Virus record (IMG/VR): IMGVR_UViG_3300005805_000059
Location: 1-64,000 of that record
DNA from: a virus
Taxonomy: Duplodnaviria > Caudoviricetes
Direction: 5' to 3' (one strand)
DNA: 64,000 nucleotides
Below, piece after piece: positions 15,980 to 23,006 of this stretch. The notes below the pieces were generated by a model. The model was not told the origin of the DNA, searched no databases, and was given only the letters and a program-made list of their open reading frames with translations. The stretch's first letter is position 1, and every line of letters starts with the position of its first letter. A program made the position numbers and the translations under genes.

Positions 15980-16273
15980 TTACTTCGCTGTTCGCTTAGT
16001 TGTTTTCTTAGCAGGGGCTTTCTTGACAGCCTTCTTCTTTGCAACAGAAGTTGTTGTCTTCTTAACAGCCTTATCTACTACCTTTGGACTTGGCATACGA
16101 CCAAATGCTGGATCGTTTGGATCAAGTGCTCGCAAGAATGGAGGCAGGACTGCTGCAATCATTGCGAAGGTTAGCAACTTCCAATCAGTGATACCTGACA
16201 GCCAAAGTGTTGCTACACCTGCTAATAGTGACCGACCATATGAAGCCAGTACATTTTTGAGTTCTCTACTCAT
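15980..16273 (-). CDS. Putative holin with Lys/Ala-rich tail
   Basis: Two TM segments, ASYGRS and LRALDP motifs; start MSRELK. Confidence 0.65.
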   Translation of the reverse strand: MSRELKNVLASYGRSLLAGVATLWLSGITDWKLLTFAMIAAVLPPFLRALDPNDPAFGRMPSPKVVDKAVKKTTTSVAKKKAVKKAPAKKTTKRTAK

Positions 16274-16640
16274 CTTTTTTCCTTTCGTTATCAATCAGTG
16301 TTTCTAGTCTTGATTTGATACCATCTATTATACCAGGATCTCCTGGTCTGGATTCAATTAATGCTAGAATCCCCTTTACCTCTTTCATTGAGTTTTCAAT
16401 ATAATCGAAAGCCCACTCTCTTGAGTCAGAGAGGAATTTGATAAAGTTTTCTGTATGAACTGTTTGCTCATCTTTCTCTTCAACTATTTCTCCTTGTTCA
16501 AGATATTCTCTTAAAACAATATAGTCTCTGATCATCATGTTCGTCAGTTCAATGCTTTTCCATAATTTGAATGTTGCGTGAACATATCCAACAAACATAG
16601 ATATGGTTGCAACAAGCAAAACTATTTCTAGAGTTGTCAT
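16266..16640 (-). CDS. Membrane-anchored hypothetical protein
   Basis: N-terminal TM; overlapped with neighbours. Confidence 0.75.
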   Translation of the reverse strand: MTTLEIVLLVATISMFVGYVHATFKLWKSIELTNMMIRDYIVLREYLEQGEIVEEKDEQTVHTENFIKFLSDSREWAFDYIENSMKEVKGILALIESRPGDPGIIDGIKSRLETLIDNERKKDE

Positions 16641-16897
16641 TTCTTATCTCCTAATGGTTCTCTAGTTACTAATACAATAGCACCATTTTGTTCTAGTGCA
16701 TTTTTTACTTTTGCTACATATTGTACCGCTTCAATTTTTTCATCATGTGTTAAATGTAGAAAACTTTTCTCATCTAACTTGATTGTAATAAAATGCTCAC
16801 TGTCTATGAGATTTATTCCAAACCGTTTTGGCGGTGTAATAGAATGAAATGCTCTACGCATTGCATCTGTATAATACATTATTCTTCTCTCTTCCAA
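16637..16897 (-). CDS. Hypothetical protein
   Basis: ORF in operon. Confidence 0.75.
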   Translation of the reverse strand: MEERRIMYYTDAMRRAFHSITPPKRFGINLIDSEHFITIKLDEKSFLHLTHDEKIEAVQYVAKVKNALEQNGAIVLVTREPLGDKK

Positions 16898-17094
16898 TGT
16901 ATATAAGATCTAATATATACTGCTGCATATGCTGCTGCAGAAATAATAAATCCATACTGTTTGGTGCTGAGTGCATATGCAATCCATATACATTCGTTAG
17001 CCAATAGAATTAGCCATCCCCAAACGGTTTTCTTGCCAACAAAAAATATACCTGTGATACCAATAGCAGCAAGTATCCATGACCAATATTCCAT
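16879..17094 (-). CDS. Small 3-TM PnuC-like membrane protein
   Basis: W-rich three-helix pattern GKKTVWGW...WIAYA...YGF...YIHW. Confidence 0.6.
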   Translation of the reverse strand: MEYWSWILAAIGITGIFFVGKKTVWGWLILLANECIWIAYALSTKQYGFIISAAAYAAVYIRSYIHWKREE

Positions 17095-17095
17095 C

Positions 17096-17374
17096 TTAAT
17101 CCAATGTTAGTGATTTCCAGACTTCAGCCCACTCAGGCTTTTTTCTGTGCTTATTAAATTCTCTTGAGATGTTTCCATTTTCCAAATAGACACCACCCCA
17201 TACTCCCCATTCTTTGTTAGATACTCCAACAGCAAAACACATTTTTCTAACAGGACATTGAGCACATAATGCATCAATGGCATGTCGTTTGCTGATGTCT
17301 TCTTCGTATGTATCAAAGAATAAGTTGATATCATAACCTACACACGATCCTTTAAGTTTCCAGTCATCTTTCAT
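17096..17374 (-). CDS. whiB: WhiB-family transcription factor
   Basis: C-x(n)-CxxCPVRxxC and G(V)WGG motif. Confidence 0.9.
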   Translation of the reverse strand: MKDDWKLKGSCVGYDINLFFDTYEEDISKRHAIDALCAQCPVRKMCFAVGVSNKEWGVWGGVYLENGNISREFNKHRKKPEWAEVWKSLTLD

Positions 17375-17588
17375 TTTCTTTCCCTAGATATTTGGAAGGT
17401 AACTTCCAGCCTTTCTCAGTTGGCTCAAATCGCTTTTGCATATGCCATTTACCATTTGCAAACGCACCAAACTTGCTAGTCATACCCTTCTTATTAGGAA
17501 TACGCTCTACTACAGTCCATCCATCCCAATGCAAATCCTTGTTTGCAGAGACGATAGACTCCATTTGTTCTAGTGTTGTAATATACAT
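17364..17588 (-). CDS. Hypothetical protein
   Basis: ORF in operon. Confidence 0.75.
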   Translation of the reverse strand: MYITTLEQMESIVSANKDLHWDGWTVVERIPNKKGMTSKFGAFANGKWHMQKRFEPTEKGWKLPSKYLGKENER

Positions 17589-17596
17589 ACTATTCC

Positions 17597-17947
17597 TTAG
17601 TATTGAAATATTCCGACTTCAATATTAGCATCTTCTGCTAATTTTGTCAATCTCGAAACAGGTTGTTTTGGTTTAGATAAAAACGCAAAGTAATCAATGT
17701 TACCTATTTGTTCCTCTACAAATGACTGGGGAACTTTAAAGTATTTGACTTTCTTACCCCTAGCCTTAAAACTTCGCTCACTAATATTTGAAAACTGTGA
17801 CACGAAAGAATTAATATTCGCTGGTCCAACTGAATAGATGACGACTTGTTTATCATCATCTGCCATATCGGACAACGCTACACTGATAGCACGAAGAAAT
17901 ACATTATAATCATCAAAATCATTTGTACCCTGTACTGCCACAATCAT
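17597..17947 (-). CDS. SLOG/YspA-like protein
   Basis: IVAVQGTNDFDDY N-terminal SLOG-like loop, Rossmannoid pattern. Confidence 0.55.
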   Translation of the reverse strand: MIVAVQGTNDFDDYNVFLRAISVALSDMADDDKQVVIYSVGPANINSFVSQFSNISERSFKARGKKVKYFKVPQSFVEEQIGNIDYFAFLSKPKQPVSRLTKLAEDANIEVGIFQY

Positions 17948-17949
17948 TT

Positions 17950-18348
17950 TTATTCCTTTAATGCGTCTAATATAAATAACATTTTTTCTAATTCAGACTT
18001 TGACATAGACTCTGTATTGATTGGTTGAATACTATCTTGATCCACTTCATCACCAATTACTTGTGCTGTATAGAAGATATTGTCCTGTACCCAATAGATA
18101 CTATCGCCTTCCATAACAACATTGACTGCGTTTTCCTCAAGGTATTCTTCAATTTCATCTTCTATATCAAATTCTTCATCATCTTCTTGAATAGATGCTG
18201 GCTGTGGTAGATATGGTCTCACCAACTCATACCGTTCGCTTTGTGACAAATAGTTAAAAGATGTTTTAAATCTATTTGTGATCTTATTCATAAAGAAGAA
18301 AAGCGGTAGTATGCAAACAAAAGTAACAAATGCCACCAAGTATGACAT
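17950..18348 (-). CDS. Membrane-anchored acidic hypothetical protein
   Basis: N-terminal TM. Confidence 0.75.
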   Translation of the reverse strand: MSYLVAFVTFVCILPLFFFMNKITNRFKTSFNYLSQSERYELVRPYLPQPASIQEDDEEFDIEDEIEEYLEENAVNVVMEGDSIYWVQDNIFYTAQVIGDEVDQDSIQPINTESMSKSELEKMLFILDALKE

Positions 18349-18367
18349 ACTACCACCTCCGAATTAT

Positions 18368-18535
18368 TTATTCTTTAGTTTTTTTATTAGATAACTTATC
18401 TTCTACAGGAGATTCCACCACTGGTGGTCTACTCAATTTGAGTTGTACTGACAGAAGTTGAGTTTCTAATTCAACTGAACGATTACGATAAAATGCGACT
18501 AACTGTTTTAGTTCATCTACGGTTAGATCTTCCAT
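18368..18535 (-). CDS. Small coiled-coil protein, 55 aa
   Basis: Hand-read ORF MEDLTVDELKQ... with AAAGGGA SD. Confidence 0.6.
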   Translation of the reverse strand: MEDLTVDELKQLVAFYRNRSVELETQLLSVQLKLSRPPVVESPVEDKLSNKKTKE

Positions 18536-18537
18536 TG

Positions 18538-19608
18538 TTATCCCTTTCTAATTTGAAATGGTGTACCGTCCCAGACCTTCTGAGACTTGTTTTTCTCTCT
18601 ATTAACGATTGCACGACTCCAAGAGAATCCTGCATCGCCACCCCATGCTAACCACATTATTTTGCCATTAGATGGGTTCTCACTATTATCCCAGTCTTTT
18701 CCTTTTTTGTCAACTTCGTGACGAGAAAAGTAGGAATACATTCTCTTAACTGTGCTAAGAGACAGCGGTTCCTTATTTGCTAACTGACGAGCACGAGTCC
18801 AACCAACTGCAGTACCTGCACCTGTTGCCTTGCCGTCTTCTTTATATTTGATAGCCCTACGAGCAGCAGAAGCCATAGCATCAGTAGGTGTAAATGTTTC
18901 TGCTTTTTCAAACTTATCCATATCCATATCGTCATCTTCATCATCCATCATATGACCTTCAAGACTATCTAGTCTCTCTGCATCTTGATACATCATACCA
19001 ATGCTATATGGTGTTGCCATCCATTCGCCATCTTCTTCTTCGTATAAACGAACAGACATTGCTGGATTTTCTGGTGGCATTGATTCAAGTGCGAATTCAT
19101 CTCCTGGAGTTCCGAGAGTTCCACCTTCCCACATAATATGTTCTACTCTACCGTGAGCCATACCATCGACTGTCATACCCATTACGAAGTCACCTTCTTT
19201 AATCTCTTGAACAGCCTTTTCTTTTTCTTCTTCGTGGTAAGCCTTCTCTGCCCTGTATGTTCCACCTCTACGCTTATATTCTTGGACTACCCAAGAGTTA
19301 GCAACAGCAGATGGATATACATCAAACTTACGCTTTGCTTCTGCAACAATTCTATTATAGAGTTCTCTATTAGTTGGCTCTCCTCGTCTACCAGACAAGA
19401 ATGAACCATAGTTAGGTTTCTTAGCCTTACCAAATGCTGAACCATCCCAAATGTCTTTATCTATGTTACCTTCAGACTGATTAATTGCATAGATCTGGGC
19501 AGCAGCCTCTTCTTTAGTTTTGTGGCAACCCATTACAGTACCGTCATCTTTTACGGCAGGGTAGCCTGAGCAACCGTATGAACCTTTTTTACCTACACTA
19601 TATGGCAT
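18538..19608 (-). CDS. Multi-domain putative head-associated protein (DUF5872-like, Tudor-like and C-terminal WGG domain)
   Basis: YPSAVANSWVVQEYKRRGG; EIKEGDFV..HGRVE; GWTRARQLA..MYSYFSRH..WLAWGGDAG. Confidence 0.6.
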   Translation of the reverse strand: MPYSVGKKGSYGCSGYPAVKDDGTVMGCHKTKEEAAAQIYAINQSEGNIDKDIWDGSAFGKAKKPNYGSFLSGRRGEPTNRELYNRIVAEAKRKFDVYPSAVANSWVVQEYKRRGGTYRAEKAYHEEEKEKAVQEIKEGDFVMGMTVDGMAHGRVEHIMWEGGTLGTPGDEFALESMPPENPAMSVRLYEEEDGEWMATPYSIGMMYQDAERLDSLEGHMMDDEDDDMDMDKFEKAETFTPTDAMASAARRAIKYKEDGKATGAGTAVGWTRARQLANKEPLSLSTVKRMYSYFSRHEVDKKGKDWDNSENPSNGKIMWLAWGGDAGFSWSRAIVNREKNKSQKVWDGTPFQIRKG

Positions 19609-19624
19609 ACTACTATTATACCAC

Positions 19625-19963
19625 CTAATCTAATCTACTTATGCGTTTAATTTCCTCAAGATGGAATCTATAGTCTTTATCCAAATTGGCTAGTTCTTCG
19701 GGATCAAGAGCCTTTTCAGTAATCCTAATCTTCATATCTCCATCTTCATCATTTCTAATATCTACAAAGCCTAAGTTCCATAGTTCTAAAACTGCAATCT
19801 CAATATGCTCTTTGTGGATATCTACCATATCTGGGAACATCTCTGCCATCTTGGGTGTAAAGTTATATAAGAACTCTCCTGATTCAGTTAGCCCACCAAT
19901 TTCTACTGCCCCATTAAGAATAAGAAATTCTAGAAAATCGTCTTCTCTATTTTCTTCGCTCAT
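19625..19963 (-). CDS. Hypothetical protein
   Basis: ORF in operon. Confidence 0.75.
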   Translation of the reverse strand: MSEENREDDFLEFLILNGAVEIGGLTESGEFLYNFTPKMAEMFPDMVDIHKEHIEIAVLELWNLGFVDIRNDEDGDMKIRITEKALDPEELANLDKDYRFHLEEIKRISRLD

Positions 19964-20181
19964 TTGATAAATTCTCTTTCATCTAATACCTGATATGCAA
20001 ACTCAGTTAACTTCTTTGCACCTTCAGGATCATTTATAATTTTATTATAGTGGTGTCCACAAAATAATAGTTCACCTGTCATACCCTTTACTAACACAAA
20101 CGCCTGAGCATCACATCTGTCACAACGATCTGCAACCTTTAGTATTTGCTCTTTCTTATCTTCAATCACTTCTTCAGTCAT
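19960..20181 (-). CDS. Small Zn-binding actinobacterial-type protein (DRCDRC...FCGHH)
   Basis: CxxC and CxHH motifs; start moved to MTEEV. Confidence 0.7.
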   Translation of the reverse strand: MTEEVIEDKKEQILKVADRCDRCDAQAFVLVKGMTGELLFCGHHYNKIINDPEGAKKLTEFAYQVLDEREFIK

Positions 20182-20182
20182 C

Positions 20183-20368
20183 TCACTTCTTCCTGTTATC
20201 TGTCGAATAAAAACCATTACCATTAAATTGTATACCAACATTGCCCCATTGTCTAATCATAACAGTGTGACACTTATCACAAAGTGCTTCTAATGAAGAT
20301 TCATCAAATGATCTTTTAATATCAAACACCTCATTACAAGTGCCACACTTATATGAATAGACTGGCAT
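20183..20368 (-). CDS. FmdB-family zinc-ribbon protein
   Basis: MPVYSYKC..C ... C..C ... FNGNGFYSTD. Confidence 0.85.
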   Translation of the reverse strand: MPVYSYKCGTCNEVFDIKRSFDESSLEALCDKCHTVMIRQWGNVGIQFNGNGFYSTDNRKK

Positions 20369-21156
20369 TATAAAGCCTTTGCTCCAAACAATCCACCACT
20401 GGTTTCAGTAGCAGTTAATTTATCCCATTGCTTTTTAGTAATAACGCCATCGGCTTCTGGGGCAAGTTTCTTATGTTCCTTTTGCCAAGCAATTACAGCC
20501 TTTTTAGTTACTGGACCATACTGACCATCAACTAACTTACCTCTAAATCCAAGTGCTTTTTGAATTACTTTAATGTATTCTCCAACTTCACCTGGTTGAA
20601 TTGGTATTCCTGGAAATGCTTTTGGATCAATTGGTTTTTCTTGTTTTGGTACAGAAGGTTTAAAGTTTGGACGACCAAACCCAACAACACTTACTGTAAT
20701 ACCACGCTTATTTTTCTTATAAGCACGAACCTTTACAAGAACCATACCACCATTTCGCTGGTCTCCTGTAACACCTGCTGTGTTTCCTTCAATAGTGGTT
20801 ACAGTACCGTCACCATTATTTTTAACAACAATTCCAACATGAGAAACACGGTCAACACCGTCTCCAGGAAAGTCCATATAGCATATATCTCCTGGTTGTG
20901 GATTTGCAACTGATGCATCTTCCCAACGCTTTACTCGCTTAAAGTGTGCTACACCAGCAGGTGTATAAACAGTAGAGCCTGGAAGTTTAACTCCAGCCTT
21001 ATTTGCACACCACATAATGAATGAGCCACACCACGGTAAAAAGTTATATCCTGTAAAAGCACCATACTTAGTTTGGTTGTCTTTTGGACCTTCTACAGTA
21101 CCAACTTCTTTTTTAGCAACCTCAATTAATCTGGCTGCTGTTCCTAGTTTTGCCAT
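20368..21156 (-). CDS. Endolysin (CHAP amidase plus peptidoglycan-binding domain)
   Basis: PWCGSF, PQPGD, HVGIV, TIEGNT; C-terminal DGQYGPVT..AVIAWQ. Confidence 0.9.
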   Translation of the reverse strand: MAKLGTAARLIEVAKKEVGTVEGPKDNQTKYGAFTGYNFLPWCGSFIMWCANKAGVKLPGSTVYTPAGVAHFKRVKRWEDASVANPQPGDICYMDFPGDGVDRVSHVGIVVKNNGDGTVTTIEGNTAGVTGDQRNGGMVLVKVRAYKKNKRGITVSVVGFGRPNFKPSVPKQEKPIDPKAFPGIPIQPGEVGEYIKVIQKALGFRGKLVDGQYGPVTKKAVIAWQKEHKKLAPEADGVITKKQWDKLTATETSGGLFGAKAL

Positions 21157-21183
21157 TTTATCCTCCTTAGATAATTATAGCAG

Positions 21184-21254
21184 AGCCTCCTGACAGAATC
21201 GAACTGTCACTTACGCATTACAAGTGCGTTACACTACCATTATGTTAAGGAGGC
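21184..21254 (-). tRNA. tRNA-Thr(UGU), CCA not encoded
   Basis: Acceptor GCCTCCT/AGGAGGC, anticodon loop CTTGTAA, GACAG-TTCGATT-CTGTC T-arm. Confidence 0.9.
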
Positions 21255-21740
21255 AACTGGCTGACTATGTGTTACCCAAAAATAGGTACAGCCCTTATCT
21301 GGGCAACAGACATACTCCATAAAGTATTGACCCTCATCCCTATACTGTGCGTAATGGTCTGGATCTTTCTGCCATAGTCTGCCACGATGAGTAATGATAA
21401 TGCGTTCTGCTAACTCTGAGTCTTGCATCCATACAGGCATTGTGTATGGTTGATCAACAAAGTTACGCTGGTATGTATCTTTGATTACTGCCCAGTTGTT
21501 TTCCCACTTATACTTACGATGTTGCATCTCATTGCGAATAGCCTTGAGATAAAAATACAAATCGTGTTCAGCACCCTCAAACATTTTGACTGCTGGATGA
21601 TTACGCCACGCATTGCTAGGAGACTCCTTTGCTAACACTGACATAATCTGACGACCTTCTAGCAACTGCTTGACAAGTCGTTTGTAATCTAATACTTCAG
21701 CACACAGACTAAAGTCTGACTCTGGAATAAATACCTGCAT
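21240..21740 (-). CDS. Pyrimidine-dimer DNA glycosylase / endonuclease V-like
   Basis: MQVF..LDYKRLVKQLLEGRQI, WRNHPAVKMF, THRGRL..KDPDHY. Confidence 0.85.
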   Translation of the reverse strand: MQVFIPESDFSLCAEVLDYKRLVKQLLEGRQIMSVLAKESPSNAWRNHPAVKMFEGAEHDLYFYLKAIRNEMQHRKYKWENNWAVIKDTYQRNFVDQPYTMPVWMQDSELAERIIITHRGRLWQKDPDHYAQYRDEGQYFMEYVCCPDKGCTYFWVTHSQPVASLT

Positions 21741-21781
21741 TATTTTCCTTACTATCGTTTATACAATTATAGTAAATAAAA

Positions 21782-21809
21782 GAGGGGATGTCAAATCGAC
21801 ACCCCCCTC
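21782..21809 (-). terminator. Intrinsic terminator overlapping a TTGACA-17-TATAAT promoter
   Basis: GAGGGGGGTGTC-GATTT-GACATCCCCTC then TTTT; TTGACA lies in the stem. Confidence 0.7.
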
Positions 21810-21813
21810 AATT

Positions 21814-22245
21814 TTAATATGAACCTGAATCAATATCATCAATTAGATATGAATATTCAGGACAGAGATAGACAATGGCTGCACCTGTGATTGAACCCCA
21901 AGCACCTGCTTCTTCTTCAGTAACTGCATTTTCTACAACTACTTCAACGATATCAGCAATACCGTATCCATCATCAAATAAACCACAGATAGTCCATCCA
22001 TAGTCTAGTAATTCTGAGTCTGATGTACTCAGAATGTATGAGTTTCCAGTACCATTTACAGCATCAAGATAAAGTTCTTCATCTGAATATGATGGAACAT
22101 CTGGAGTATCTGGTGTCCAAGTATTAGTTGGTTCTGGTGCTGGATTAGTATTGTTACTTGAGTTACCTACGCTACCTGCAAAAAATGCTCCAACGAGCAA
22201 TGCAACTACACCAGCAATAATTAGTACATTTTTATTGTTTTTCAT
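21814..22245 (-). CDS. Membrane-anchored DUF732-like protein
   Basis: N-terminal TM, P/T linker, G..IC..FDDG ... AIVYLCP. Confidence 0.7.
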   Translation of the reverse strand: MKNNKNVLIIAGVVALLVGAFFAGSVGNSSNNTNPAPEPTNTWTPDTPDVPSYSDEELYLDAVNGTGNSYILSTSDSELLDYGWTICGLFDDGYGIADIVEVVVENAVTEEEAGAWGSITGAAIVYLCPEYSYLIDDIDSGSY

Positions 22246-22419
22246 TTATATCCTTATTTTAAATACATGAGAACAGGGATCTCCCCCTGCTTCCCACTCG
22301 GCTTCATCTTCTTCACTCATATATGGATCGCCATCATGAGTCGTGCAAAATGGTTCTGTTATCCAACCATTATCTATACCCTGTTTTACCCAGGCATAGA
22401 ATTCTTCTTCTTTTTCCAT
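22246..22419 (-). CDS. Small leaderless hypothetical protein, 57 aa
   Basis: Hand-read ORF MEKEEEFY...FCTTHDGDP...DPCSHV. Confidence 0.65.
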   Translation of the reverse strand: MEKEEEFYAWVKQGIDNGWITEPFCTTHDGDPYMSEEDEAEWEAGGDPCSHVFKIRI

Positions 22420-22423
22420 ATTA

Positions 22424-22942
22424 CTATCCTACCACATCAATCGGTTCTTGGCAAGTTGTGCTATATTTTGTCGCACACTCTAATGCAATCTTTAACCTAC
22501 GCTTTGGGTCTTTATAGTTTTGTGTAGAGAATAAAGAACCAATTGCATATGAACTACCACTTCCTACTGCTAGAAAGTCTGTGTCATATGATGTGATACT
22601 CATATCAGAAATATTATGTTCAAATATTTTTCCACCCACACAAATGAGCATTCCAAATTCATTGCTATCAGACATTGGAATATCCCACTCACTATAAAAT
22701 TCTTTTAATGCTTTACGAAAAGTAGTTTGCATAAATCTATCAACATTGCCTACTACTCGTGGTGGTATAAAATTATGTTTTACTATCTCACCATTAAGAC
22801 GACCATAGTAACCAAATAAATATTCGCCACTACTCCACACCTTTGGACTATCTAATGATAATATGATATCGTCCTCAGATGCAGCACGATCTCCTGCAAT
22901 GTACATTTCCCCATTTTGTACTACTGCTGCTATGCAAGTCAT
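22424..22942 (-). CDS. Ntn-hydrolase, HslV / proteasome beta-subunit-like peptidase
   Basis: MTCIAA with N-terminal Thr, AGD, KV, AVGSGSSYAIG. Confidence 0.8.
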   Translation of the reverse strand: MTCIAAVVQNGEMYIAGDRAASEDDIILSLDSPKVWSSGEYLFGYYGRLNGEIVKHNFIPPRVVGNVDRFMQTTFRKALKEFYSEWDIPMSDSNEFGMLICVGGKIFEHNISDMSITSYDTDFLAVGSGSSYAIGSLFSTQNYKDPKRRLKIALECATKYSTTCQEPIDVVG

Positions 22943-22968
22943 TTTTACCCTTCTCTTTTCGTACCACA

Positions 22969-22990
22969 ATTATACCATCTAGGTATGACA
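22969..22990 (-). promoter_or_regulatory. Promoter variant TGTCAT-N10-TATAAT with TTGACC -35
   Basis: rc CTTGACCGATGTCATACCTAGATGGTATAAT. Confidence 0.7.
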
Positions 22991-23006
22991 TCGGTCAAGT
23001 CCGACA

